64,000 bases of DNA, taken from contig JAGCDJ010000006.1 in assembly GCA_017651185.1 (NCBI GenBank), positions 137,766 to 201,765 of the forward strand, written 5' to 3'. Position numbers and translations under genes: made by a program. The notes under the pieces are model-generated. The model saw only the letters and a list, made by a program, of their open reading frames with translations, made no database searches and had not been told where the DNA came from. Positions 35,240 to 44,776 of the stretch are shown here, in pieces (the stretch's first letter is position 1; each line of letters opens with the position of its first letter). This stretch comes from Bacteroidales bacterium. Lineage in GTDB: Bacteria > Bacteroidota > Bacteroidia > Bacteroidales > ML635J-15.

Positions 35240-36697
35240 CTAAGCATTGTCATTTTTCTTATTCTCCCAGAAATCTGCTCCCTTGATATTCATTTCTTCA
35301 GGGTGAAATTCAGGTTCCTTGCCTTGTTTCTTCTGCTTTTCGAACGATTTTAGCAGTTTGAAAACCTTTGGTGAGAGCAATAGGATTGCAATTACATTTA
35401 TCCATGCCATCGAACCAACGCCAATGTCGCCTAAGTCCCACACGGTTTTGGCTTCGTGCATCGATCCGAAGAACACCATTCCAATAACCGAAAGTCTTAC
35501 GCACCATATTGCAATCTTTTCCTTGCGTCCTTTGCCAAAAAGATATACGACATTGGTTTCGGCGTAGTAGTAATATGCCATCACTGTGGTGAATGCGAAG
35601 AAGAATAGCGCTACCGAAATTATGATGTTTCCCCACGATGTGCCTACAAGAGTTCCGAGTGCAGTCGAGGTATATGAAACATCGGGTGCGCCAAGTTGTG
35701 CGATAGGTGAAGCGAATAGCAGGTTACCGTCACCATCGTATATATTATATGTCTTTGTGGCGAGAATCATAACTGCCGTTGCGGTGCAAACTAGCAAGGT
35801 GTCGATGTAAACCGAAAATGCTTGTACAAGTCCTTGTTTTACAGGGTGGGAGACCTTTGCCGCTGCCGCCACGATTGGACCTGTACCTTGTCCTGCCTCG
35901 TTGGAGTAGATGCCACGTTTTACTCCCCATGCAATGGTGCTGCCGAGGATTCCACCAAGCATTTCGTTCATTCCGAAAGCGCTTGAAATCATGTCCTTGA
36001 ATGCCGAGGGGACATTTCCAGCGTTGCAAATCAGAACGACAATCGAAAGAATTATGTAAATAATAGCCATCAGCGGGGCAATTATCTGTGCTACATTCGC
36101 AATACGCTTCACTCCGCCTATGATAACAAGTCCTATTAGCACTGCAACGATTATTCCAACGTACATGGTGTCGATGCCAAAGGCATTTGAAAAAGATGTG
36201 GCTATGCCGTTAGAATGTACTGGCGGAAGAAATATTCCACAGGCAAGCACTGAGCATACGGCGAATATTATTGCAAGCCACTTGCATTTCAGTCCTTTTT
36301 CGATGTAGTAGGAGGGGCCGCCACGGAATTGTCCGTTATGTTCCTCCTTGTAGATTTGGGCAAGCGTTGCTTCTGCAAAGGCAGAACCAGCACCGAGAAA
36401 GGCGATTATCCACATCCAAACTATTGCACCCGGACCGCCATAACCTATTGCTGTTGCTACGCCGACAATGTTTCCTGTGCCAACTCGTCCCGACAATGCC
36501 ATTGCAAATGCCTGAAACGATGAAATTCCTGTCTTTTGCGTCTTGTCGGTTGAAAATAGCAGTTTTACCATTTTCCCGAAGTGTCTTACTTGTACGAACC
36601 TTGTGCCAAAAGAGAAGTATAGTCCTGCTGCCAAGCACAATATAACAAGCGGTGCGCTCCAGACGTATGAACTTATAGTTGATATTGTTTCTTCCAT
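35240..36697 (-). CDS. Alanine/glycine:cation symporter (AGCS family)
   Basis: 'GTRFVQVRHF' and 'SGRVGTGNIVGVATAI', multi-TM, 485 aa. Confidence 0.88.
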   Translation of the reverse strand: MEETISTISSYVWSAPLVILCLAAGLYFSFGTRFVQVRHFGKMVKLLFSTDKTQKTGISSFQAFAMALSGRVGTGNIVGVATAIGYGGPGAIVWMWIIAFLGAGSAFAEATLAQIYKEEHNGQFRGGPSYYIEKGLKCKWLAIIFAVCSVLACGIFLPPVHSNGIATSFSNAFGIDTMYVGIIVAVLIGLVIIGGVKRIANVAQIIAPLMAIIYIILSIVVLICNAGNVPSAFKDMISSAFGMNEMLGGILGSTIAWGVKRGIYSNEAGQGTGPIVAAAAKVSHPVKQGLVQAFSVYIDTLLVCTATAVMILATKTYNIYDGDGNLLFASPIAQLGAPDVSYTSTALGTLVGTSWGNIIISVALFFFAFTTVMAYYYYAETNVVYLFGKGRKEKIAIWCVRLSVIGMVFFGSMHEAKTVWDLGDIGVGSMAWINVIAILLLSPKVFKLLKSFEKQKKQGKEPEFHPEEMNIKGADFWENKKNDNA

Positions 36698-36703
36698 GCT
36701 TTT

Positions 36704-39700
36704 TTACCTGATTAATGTCACATTGCCGCGATGTTCGTATTCTTCACCATTTATACACTTGGTTTTCAACCAGAAAACATAAACATCGGGGGCAAGTTGT
36801 TTGCCCTTGTATGTTCCGTTCCAGCCATCGGTGCGGATGTTGTCGGTTTCGTAGACTACTGAACCCCAGCGGTCGTAAACTGCGAAATACAATTCTGTTA
36901 CAATTGCACTTGGGTAGAAGGGACGGAAAAAGTCGTTGTTGCCATCGCCGTTGGGTGTGAATGCATTAGGTACGAAAATGTATGGGTCGCCGCAGATTAC
37001 TTCCTTGACAATCACCGATACTGTATCGATTGCAATGCAGTTGTTGCCATCGTGGAATACAACTGTGAAAAGCGTATTTTCCGATGGATGTGCCAACGGG
37101 GATGCAACCATGTTGTTGTCAAGTATTTTTCCATTGTCCCATTCGAAGGTGCCATCGGTTTCGGTTATTGCGGACAGTCGGACATATTCTCCACGATAAA
37201 TCACGTCGGAACTTATTCTGGCATCAAGGGCAGGAACATATCCCATGTTGGTAATAGAATAATCATCGTATAGTTGGCAGCCATTTGCATCTGTAACTGT
37301 CAGCGAATAGTCTCCGTGGCAAAGATTTTCTATATATCTTGTCGTTTCCGAATTAGACCATCTGTATCGGTATGGTTGAACACCACCTATGACTGTGGTT
37401 TCAATTTTTCCATTGCAGTTGTTGTCGCATAACTGGTTGGTAACACTGCTAGAAAGTCGAAGTTCTTCGGGCTGCGATATTGTTATGTTTGCTTCGGCAG
37501 TGCAACCATGACTGTCGGTTACGACAATCGAATAGTTTCCTGCCGGGACATTTATCTGTGTGTTTATGGTTTCGTTAGTTGACCAAAGGAAAGCGTATGG
37601 TGCTGTACCTCCGTAGGTTATCGAGTTTATTGTTGCTGTGCCACCATAGCATAGGATTGGACTGGTTTCCTGAATGAGAGTTTGCAGAACATCCGGTTCG
37701 GTAATGTTGGCGAATTGGTGCGACACGCAGTTTTCGGCATCAACAATTGTTATGGTGTATCTGCCGGCGCAAAGTCCGTGGATTTCGGTTCCATGTTCAC
37801 CATTCGACCAGTTGTAGGTGTATGGCTGAGTTCCACCGCTTGCCGAAATGCTTATTGCACCATCGCAGAAACCGTTGCATGATACATGTGCTACCGATTC
37901 TGTCTGCGATGTCAGAGTTCCAGGTGATGGCATATTTATTGAGTTGGAAGCGGTACAGCCGTTTTGGTCGGTAACTGTGACTGTGTTTATGCCAACCAAG
38001 CATTCGTTATTAGTCGCAGTAGTGAAGTCGTTGATGTCCCATTGATACGAATATCCGGGAGTTCCGCCCGAAACATTTGCTGTTGCCGAACCATAGCCAA
38101 TGCCATCGCATACTGGCTCCTGTATGTTAGTGAAGTTAATCGTTATCGCTGTAGGTTCGGAAATTGTGACAGTATTTGTCGTGGTGCATGAGTTACCGTC
38201 GGTAACTGTTACTGTGTAGTTTCCTGCACAAAGTCCTGTTGCTGTTTGCGTTGACTGACCATTGCTCCAGTTGTACGAATAAGGTTCGATTCCGTTTGCA
38301 ATTATTTCTGCCGTTCCTTCGCAATATCCGTGGCAAATGTTGTGGGTTGTCGTGCCGATGCTACTGGTTATGAAGTCTATTGTAACTTCAACTTGGTCGG
38401 TGGTTGTACAGCCCATCTGGTTTGTAATTGTGACGGTGTATGTCGTTGCCGTTGAGGGTGCTACGGTTGGCGAGTTTGTATTTTCGCCACTTACGATTCC
38501 TGCGCCTTGCCATTGGTAGGTTAGCTGGTCGCTGCTGTTGTTGGTAACGGTAAGTTGCACCTGAGCATTAGGGCAGATGATGTGAGATGGTATGAGACTA
38601 TAGTTGAACCTGTGTATTGTCACTCTTACCTGACCAGTAGCGTAGGTATTGCATTCCGATTCACGAACCCTGACATAGTATGTGAGACTATTTATAGGCG
38701 AAACATCAACGATTTGTTCTGTTGAGAATATTGACGAGAAGTTCGGGTCGGCAGACCATTCCCAAGCTACTGCATTGCCTGTCGGGAAAACTTGCAGGGT
38801 AGCGGTTCCTCCTGGACATATTGTTGTGTCGTTCGAGGTTGTAAGTCCAACATCGGGGATTATCACATTAACGGTCTGGGTTACGGTGTCGTTGCAAACT
38901 CCATGAGCAACAAGTGTGTACGTTGTTGTTTGTGTTGGTGTTACACTTGGATTTTGTATGTTCGGATTACTAAATCCGCTGCCTTGTATCCATTGGAAAG
39001 TCGTGCCTTCGGGATATTCGGTTTCGGGACCGATTATTACGCTTTCGCCCGGACAGCTTGTAATGTCGTCAAGATTTGATGGACTTGGCGATACAACGTT
39101 TATTGTTCTCCGTATTGTGTCGGTCATGTTGCAACTTGCCGGGTCACGTGCAACTAGTGTTACGATGTATGTGCCGCCATTGGTATAAGTGTGCGACGGA
39201 TTTGTTTGTGTCGAAGTTGTGCCATCACCAAATTCCCACAGGAAGGATGTTCCCTGCGAGGTGTTTTCAAACTGCACATTGTATGGAGCACACCCAACAG
39301 GCACCGGATTGAAGTTTGCTTCGGCAAGGTTTTCTATTATCCTGATTTTGAATACTGCATTGTTGCAGTTTGTTGAGTTGTTGGATGTTGACCATACATC
39401 TGCTGGACTTGTCGGAAACATTTGGCATCCACCGCAACTTGCACATACCGACTGTATTATATGTCCTTTCTTGTCGAAACGGCTTGTGCCGCCATCCACG
39501 TGGTCGCGACCAGATGCACCGCATGATGTGTATCGCAATTCGCCAAAGAAAGTTGCATATTCCAGAGCGCTTACATCTTCGTTAAGAACAAGCACATAGA
39601 AGTCCATGCCGTCGGTTGTGTCCTGAATGGCATCTGCGGTTACCTGCATGTTCTTTGTGCCAAATTCTTGGTCCCAAGTGTAGTAGTGTGCTTGTGCATC

Positions 39701-41722
39701 GTAATAGTTGAATGGCCATTCGCGTCCCCAGCCCGATAGGTAAACTCTGTTGCAAACATCTACGGCAAAGGCGGTTATTGAAATGTTTGGTTTGCCAGTA
39801 TTTGTGCCGAATTGGGTTGACCATTCCACACTAGTTAGGTCGTTGTTGAATTTTGTGATGAACTGGCCGCTATTTTCAACGTAGTATCCTGCATTTTGCA
39901 CTAGTGTTGTTCCTCCGCATTTCGTTTGTCCGCATATATATACATTGTCGTTGCGGTCGCTGCGAACAAAATAGGCGTTGTCGTAGGCAGACGAACCGAA
40001 AAAGGTAGATGTCAGCAGGAAAGTCCCATTGTGGGCTATCTTGGCGACAAAAGCATCGGTACTACCGCCGTTGAATATCTGGTTATATGCATTTGCGGTA
40101 GTGGGGAAGTTGGATGATGTGGTTCCGCCAGTAACAAATACATTTTCATTATTGTCGAGCGAAACGCTGAATATTGCATCGTCCTGCGAACCGCCCATAT
40201 ACGAACTCCATGCAAGTTGCGAAAGGTCGGGGCTAAGTGCGAACACAACACCGTCCTGACCGCCTCCGTGTGTTGGCTGGAAACCTTCGTTTATGCCTTG
40301 AGGAAAGTCGGATGAGAAAGTGTTTGTTCCAACATAAATGTATGATTTGTTGCTTACAACAACTTCACCTCGGGCACCATCACCATAATTGTAGTAAAGC
40401 GAGTCGTTGCCGTGCATTTCCACATAGTTGATGCCAGTGGTCGGGTCGGGTTGTGTATATGATGCCTTGAAATTAAGACCATCATTTCCTGTTCCGCCGA
40501 TGTATGTGCTTCCAAGCAGTTGAGACCCGTCTTCCGAAAGTTTTGAAACGAAAATGTCAACGCCACCGTGAAAACCTATAACATTGTCGTATGTCACGCT
40601 TGTTCCACCGTTGAATGTTCGGTCGTAGGCGTTTGCCGTGGTTGGGAAGTCGGGAGAACCGGTGGTTCCCATTATTACGAGTTGGTTGCTTTCGGTGGCG
40701 ACTAAGCTATGAGGCATTTCCTGACCGTTGTGTCCGCCGAGGTAGGTTGCGTAGATTCTGCTTGTACCATCCGGGTTGTACTTTATGATGCCTATGTCGC
40801 AACCTTCGAGGTAGCTAGTGGCGTTGTCTGCCCACGGAGTTCCGCCGGCGTAGTTAACCTGATATGCGCCAGTGGAGGTAGGGTAGCCGGTTGAAAACAC
40901 GATTCCGCCCGAAAAAACATTGTCGTTGTAGTCGAAGGTGGCGGTAAAACCCCAGTTGTCGCCAGTGGAACCAGTGTAGGTCGAGAATACCAGCGATGGG
41001 TCGATTACAAGGTCGTAGTTTTTGTCGTAGCTTTCCGAAATCTTGTAGCCAACAATGTTCTTACGCAATACATATTCGCAACTGATGTTTATGGTATCGC
41101 CGTTTACGATTTGGTAAACCTTGGGCGTGTATTCCATGATGTCGCGTATGGTTGTGTGGGCAATCAGTACGCCGTCTTTTACTTCAATGCCATCGGTGCC
41201 GATGTATTCGAGTTGAATGTCCTTGTAGTTTCCGCCTGGATGTACAACGAAGTCGTACTTCATTCCTCTGCCATCCGATGAGTAGCGTATGTCGATGTTG
41301 TTGTAGATGCCGGAGCATTCCACCTCGCGGAATTTTTTCACATTCGATGCCCATTTCGATTCGTCGCTACCTATGAAGTAGTTGCAATAGTCGCTTGTGG
41401 CGTGATTGCTTGTTATATCTTTTGGCTTTTTTGCATTGCGGAATGTTACTTTGTATGCATGTCCGCGACCGGCTGAATTGTCGTCATGCCATTCGTACTC
41501 ATCGTGGGCGTGGGAGTGGTGTCCCATTTTGATGTCGGTAATGTTGAAAGTAAAGCCGTTGTCCTCGATGAAAAGAGCGCCATCGTTGAGTTCCATCTTG
41601 AACTTAACATTTTCGTGCCACTGACCTTTGTTTTCGATGAACTCGTACTGTGCGAATATAGACCTGCATTGCAGTATAATTGCAATGGTTATTATTAATA
41701 TAAGGTGTATTCGTTTCATCAA
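36704..41722 (-). CDS. Giant (1672 aa) cell-surface protein with a beta-propeller-like N-terminal region, a PKD-like domain, SprB-type repeats and a T9SS type-B (gliding-motility-associated) C-terminal domain
   Basis: Signal peptide 'MMKRIHLILIITIAIILQC', with repeated 'CxGxCxGxxxxxxxGGxxPYxYxWSNG' units. The C-terminal 'FVPNAFTPNGDGNNDFFRPF...WNGTYKGKQLAPDVYVFWL' matches the type-B domain. Confidence 0.85.
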   Translation of the reverse strand: MMKRIHLILIITIAIILQCRSIFAQYEFIENKGQWHENVKFKMELNDGALFIEDNGFTFNITDIKMGHHSHAHDEYEWHDDNSAGRGHAYKVTFRNAKKPKDITSNHATSDYCNYFIGSDESKWASNVKKFREVECSGIYNNIDIRYSSDGRGMKYDFVVHPGGNYKDIQLEYIGTDGIEVKDGVLIAHTTIRDIMEYTPKVYQIVNGDTINISCEYVLRKNIVGYKISESYDKNYDLVIDPSLVFSTYTGSTGDNWGFTATFDYNDNVFSGGIVFSTGYPTSTGAYQVNYAGGTPWADNATSYLEGCDIGIIKYNPDGTSRIYATYLGGHNGQEMPHSLVATESNQLVIMGTTGSPDFPTTANAYDRTFNGGTSVTYDNVIGFHGGVDIFVSKLSEDGSQLLGSTYIGGTGNDGLNFKASYTQPDPTTGINYVEMHGNDSLYYNYGDGARGEVVVSNKSYIYVGTNTFSSDFPQGINEGFQPTHGGGQDGVVFALSPDLSQLAWSSYMGGSQDDAIFSVSLDNNENVFVTGGTTSSNFPTTANAYNQIFNGGSTDAFVAKIAHNGTFLLTSTFFGSSAYDNAYFVRSDRNDNVYICGQTKCGGTTLVQNAGYYVENSGQFITKFNNDLTSVEWSTQFGTNTGKPNISITAFAVDVCNRVYLSGWGREWPFNYYDAQAHYYTWDQEFGTKNMQVTADAIQDTTDGMDFYVLVLNEDVSALEYATFFGELRYTSCGASGRDHVDGGTSRFDKKGHIIQSVCASCGGCQMFPTSPADVWSTSNNSTNCNNAVFKIRIIENLAEANFNPVPVGCAPYNVQFENTSQGTSFLWEFGDGTTSTQTNPSHTYTNGGTYIVTLVARDPASCNMTDTIRRTINVVSPSPSNLDDITSCPGESVIIGPETEYPEGTTFQWIQGSGFSNPNIQNPSVTPTQTTTYTLVAHGVCNDTVTQTVNVIIPDVGLTTSNDTTICPGGTATLQVFPTGNAVAWEWSADPNFSSIFSTEQIVDVSPINSLTYYVRVRESECNTYATGQVRVTIHRFNYSLIPSHIICPNAQVQLTVTNNSSDQLTYQWQGAGIVSGENTNSPTVAPSTATTYTVTITNQMGCTTTDQVEVTIDFITSSIGTTTHNICHGYCEGTAEIIANGIEPYSYNWSNGQSTQTATGLCAGNYTVTVTDGNSCTTTNTVTISEPTAITINFTNIQEPVCDGIGYGSATANVSGGTPGYSYQWDINDFTTATNNECLVGINTVTVTDQNGCTASNSINMPSPGTLTSQTESVAHVSCNGFCDGAISISASGGTQPYTYNWSNGEHGTEIHGLCAGRYTITIVDAENCVSHQFANITEPDVLQTLIQETSPILCYGGTATINSITYGGTAPYAFLWSTNETINTQINVPAGNYSIVVTDSHGCTAEANITISQPEELRLSSSVTNQLCDNNCNGKIETTVIGGVQPYRYRWSNSETTRYIENLCHGDYSLTVTDANGCQLYDDYSITNMGYVPALDARISSDVIYRGEYVRLSAITETDGTFEWDNGKILDNNMVASPLAHPSENTLFTVVFHDGNNCIAIDTVSVIVKEVICGDPYIFVPNAFTPNGDGNNDFFRPFYPSAIVTELYFAVYDRWGSVVYETDNIRTDGWNGTYKGKQLAPDVYVFWLKTKCINGEEYEHRGNVTLIR

Positions 41723-41841
41723 AATGAGCCTCTACAAAAAATCGGTTAAAGATAATGCTTTTTATTTGAAACGAATAACATTTTGTGAAAAAAAGTTTTG
41801 CATTCCCGAGTTTCGATTGGGTGCCAATAAGTAATTTTTTA

Positions 41842-41849
41842 TAATTTTG
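41842..41849 (+). promoter_or_regulatory. Candidate -7 box (TAATTTTG) that would drive a long 5' leader for the HTH gene
   Basis: Matches TAnnTTTG, about 170 nt upstream of the structured element and about 340 nt upstream of the ATG at 42190. Confidence 0.3.
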
Positions 41850-42021
41850 CAGAGATAAAAATAAATACGAAACAGTCCGTTTCGCAATTTATGTTCAGTA
41901 TGAATTAGGTACTATTTTGGTAAACAGATAATTATAAACGATATATCAATTAACTAAATGAAGCAACTAAAAATTTAATGATATAGACAACTTAAAATAT
42001 TAACAATTTGAGCTTTACGCT

Positions 42022-42189
42022 CTTATTCTCCTGCTGAAAAGTCTGGAAAACTAATTCGTAAGTGAGAATAAGCAAGCGAGTGGTCGCGTCTTTGGCGTGT
42101 ACTGATTCGTGCTTATTTACTTACAAGGCAATTTCCAGACGCCGTCAGCAGAAATAAGCAATCAAAACGAACGGCACACGCTTTTTTTT
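42022..42189 (+). promoter_or_regulatory. Long nested inverted-repeat leader with alternative pairings and a T8 tract abutting the start codon
   Basis: The outer arms 42022-42049 and 42132-42158 pair as 6+7+9 bp. The inner arms 42058-42079 and 42107-42124 pair as 6+8+3 bp. 42095-42110 can pair with 42167-42181, followed by TTTTTTTT (42182-42189). Confidence 0.4.
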
Positions 42190-42390
42190 ATGGACGAAGT
42201 TAAGGACATACATATAGGTTCGCTGATAAAGGCTAAGGTGGAGGAGCAGGGTCGGAAACACTCATGGCTTGCCAAGCAGATAAACTGTTCTCCCAATCAC
42301 ATATATAAGATATACAACAGTCCTAGCATTCACACCGACTTGCTTGTGCGTATAAGCAATATCTTGGGGCATTTTTTTGTGAGAATATAG
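42190..42390 (+). CDS. Small helix-turn-helix DNA-binding protein (66 aa)
   Basis: I place the start at the ATG at 42190. 'IGSLIKAKVEEQGRKHSWLAKQINCSPNHIYKIYNSPSIHTDLLVRISNIL' is the pattern of small Bacteroidales HTH regulators. Confidence 0.65.
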   Translation: MDEVKDIHIGSLIKAKVEEQGRKHSWLAKQINCSPNHIYKIYNSPSIHTDLLVRISNILGHFFVRI

Positions 42391-42506
42391 GTTAAACAAG
42401 AACTTTGGATGATGTTGGGAATATGATGAATTTTGCAAAAAATATATAAGGAGTTATTTGCCGAAAATCCTTTAAAGAGTAGGCGCAATTTTTAAATTTT
42501 GTTTTT

Positions 42507-42749
42507 ATGGCATACAAATTAATGGTAACAGCAAAAGGGTGTAGTGAACTATCATGGGTTGTAAATCCAGACGGAAGTCCAGTAAGTAGATCGACACTTG
42601 ACTCTAAATCATGGTTGGTTGAGTCGAATTATAAAGATCGTATTTATACGGATGATTTCTTGAAACAGACAGGTCTTGTGTGGAAAAAAAATGTTGGAAG
42701 ACCTACGGTTATTCAAAATGCCAATGGGTGGACGGTAAGACAGTTATAG
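42507..42749 (+). CDS. Hypothetical 80-aa protein
   Basis: ATG ORF followed by a terminator hairpin. No recognisable family. Confidence 0.45.
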   Translation: MAYKLMVTAKGCSELSWVVNPDGSPVSRSTLDSKSWLVESNYKDRIYTDDFLKQTGLVWKKNVGRPTVIQNANGWTVRQL

Positions 42750-42764
42750 TCATTATTTCCCAAA

Positions 42765-42801
42765 AGTAGTGGCGGACTGAATAAGCGTCGCTACTTTTTT
42801 T
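42765..42801 (+). terminator. Rho-independent terminator
   Basis: AGTAGTGGCG / CGTCGCTACT forms a 10-bp stem (two G-T pairs) with an 11-nt loop, then T7. Confidence 0.6.
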
Positions 42802-43049
42802 ATGTCTTCTTTAGAATTCTGTCAATTAGTTAAAAATTCTTAGAGAATTGTTAAACAGTTGAAAATTTTTGGGTGTTCGGATTATATTGATTAAAAACAC
42901 ACTTTTTTGCTAACAGCAACAAAAATATTAATTATCAACAACTTAACTAAAAATAAATTATGCATACTTTAATAAAATTCTTAAAAAAAATGACGTTTTT
43001 CAAATTTTTGGCAATATAAACACATTAAAATTTAACTCATAAAACACCA

Positions 43050-43724
43050 TTGACTATGCTCAACAACATTATTATTTACGAGGCAGTTGCAAAGTTGAAT
43101 AGCAAATGGATTGACGAAAATTCCGTTTCGCACGATTTCGCCAATGGCAAGGGAACGATAACGCTAAAAGATGGCGTGACGAAAATTGGCGATAGAGCAT
43201 TCTTTAATTGCAACAATCTTACGAAAGTCGTAATTCCTAATTCTATTGAAGCAATAGGCGGATGGGCATTTTACGAATGCAATAGTTTGGCTTCTGTAAC
43301 CATTCCCGATTCTATCACGTTCATTAGCGAATGTGCTTTCGGCGGATGTAGTAGTTTGACTTCCATAGTTATACCTGCTTCAGTGACAGAAATTTGCGCT
43401 GTTACATTTAGCGGTTGTAGGAGTCTGAAGTCAGTCGTAATACCAAATTCGATGACGAAAATTGGAAACGGCGCCTTTTCGCATTGTTCGGCTTTGGAAT
43501 CGGTCGTAATCCCGGAGTCGGTTACTACAATTGGTGCTTGTGCCTTTGCCGCGTGTAAAGTGTTGGCTTCGATAGTCATTCCTGATGCCGTTGTAGAAAT
43601 CGGAAGTTCCGCCTTTTACGGTTGCAAAAGTTTTTCTGCCGATACGATGGCGAAGATATACAAAGTAAATAATATGGCTTTCAGCGAGAATGAGGTAATT
43701 AAAACTTTTAGTCACTTATTTTAA
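43050..43724 (+). CDS. Short BspA-type LRR protein (224 aa) without a signal peptide or T9SS tail
   Basis: Six or seven units of 'LxSVVIPxSVTxIGxxAFxxCxxL'. The N-terminus is not hydrophobic. The ATG at 43056 is an alternative start. Confidence 0.8.
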   Translation: MTMLNNIIIYEAVAKLNSKWIDENSVSHDFANGKGTITLKDGVTKIGDRAFFNCNNLTKVVIPNSIEAIGGWAFYECNSLASVTIPDSITFISECAFGGCSSLTSIVIPASVTEICAVTFSGCRSLKSVVIPNSMTKIGNGAFSHCSALESVVIPESVTTIGACAFAACKVLASIVIPDAVVEIGSSAFYGCKSFSADTMAKIYKVNNMAFSENEVIKTFSHLF

Positions 43725-43865
43725 TTAAATCCATGAAAAATAAGAAGAAAAGCAATGTCCTTGTTTCTGAAGCTTTTTAACGAAAAAAGTTGAAAAAAAC
43801 ATATGCATTATAGAACAATTGTGTAATATAATTTATCAAAAAACACCCTTAAAAACAAAACGATT

Positions 43866-44084
43866 ATGATGGAAAAAATCAAAAAAACACGACGTGTAAA
43901 GGAATTCTTTGCCATTACAGATTCGGGAGACAGATCCGTAGATGTGAAAATAAATGATTGGTTGGATGCCAATGAAGGCAGGATTGAAATTATCGACATC
44001 AAATTGTCGAGCAGTTATCACCAAAAACGCTTGGTTGTAACAACTGTTGTGCTGGTGGATTATTATGAATTGAGTAATGAGTAA
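43866..44084 (+). CDS. Small 72-aa protein, Cse60/DUF2758-like pattern (tentative)
   Basis: 'VKEFFAITDSGDRSVDVKINDWLDANEGRIEIIDIKLSSS...VVTTVVLVDY' resembles the Cse60 layout (beta, helix with 'IN.WL', 'IIDIK', beta). It ends 17 nt before the next gene. Confidence 0.4.
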   Translation: MMEKIKKTRRVKEFFAITDSGDRSVDVKINDWLDANEGRIEIIDIKLSSSYHQKRLVVTTVVLVDYYELSNE

Positions 44085-44101
44085 ATTATAGGAGTAAAAA
44101 T

Positions 44102-44746
44102 ATGAGTATGAATTCAAGAATTGAGAAAATGGGTAATTATACTAGTAGCATAATGGCGGAGAACCTAAGAAATGATTTAAAGTCTTTTATTAGCGGTTTG
44201 GGTTATAATGGTGATGACATTGTCTCCAAAATGAAAACAAAAGATTTAATTCCTTTGAAAAAAATCGTAAGTAGCGTGAATAATATTTTAGCAGTTAAAG
44301 CGGCTGAAGTTTTTGTAGAAAAATTGGAAGAATATGGATTTATTAAAGAAGCGCAAAAAAAAGGAATGCTGACAAAATTATCAAATACGAATCCAAATGC
44401 AAAAGGTTATGATGTGCAGTATGATGGAAAAAATGAAGAGAAAAAAATCTTAGCAGAAGTAAAATGTAATATTCCTAAAGATAAGAAGCATTTTGGTGAG
44501 AATAAAGATTCCCATATAAAAAAAGACATTAAACACCTCTTTGATGGGAAAAATGGAATCAATACAAATGATTATTACAAATTTTTTGTTGTTATGAAAT
44601 GTGATGACATAGAAACATGTATGGAGGGTTTGATTGAAAGTTTTTACAGAGAACACGAAGAAAAAAGAGATAAAATCAAATTATATAAAAGAGGTATGGA
44701 CTTGAATGAAAAATATGTATATGTCGTTTTTGTATCAATTGATTAA
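44102..44746 (+). CDS. Hypothetical 214-aa protein with a PD-(D/E)xK-like motif (possible nuclease fold)
   Basis: 'KGYDVQYDGKNEEKKILAEVKCNIP' has a D, a 15-residue gap, then ExK, in a beta-strand context. No other assignment was possible. Confidence 0.45.
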   Translation: MSMNSRIEKMGNYTSSIMAENLRNDLKSFISGLGYNGDDIVSKMKTKDLIPLKKIVSSVNNILAVKAAEVFVEKLEEYGFIKEAQKKGMLTKLSNTNPNAKGYDVQYDGKNEEKKILAEVKCNIPKDKKHFGENKDSHIKKDIKHLFDGKNGINTNDYYKFFVVMKCDDIETCMEGLIESFYREHEEKRDKIKLYKRGMDLNEKYVYVVFVSID

Positions 44747-44776
44747 CAATAGTATTATCCCATAAATATTAAAAAC

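Noticed and set aside
36715-41834. About 40 short ORFs on both strands inside the 1672-aa adhesin gene
   Set aside because: All are nested in or antisense to one long ORF that has coherent domain structure from signal peptide to T9SS tail. They are low-complexity, Cys/Arg-rich translations.
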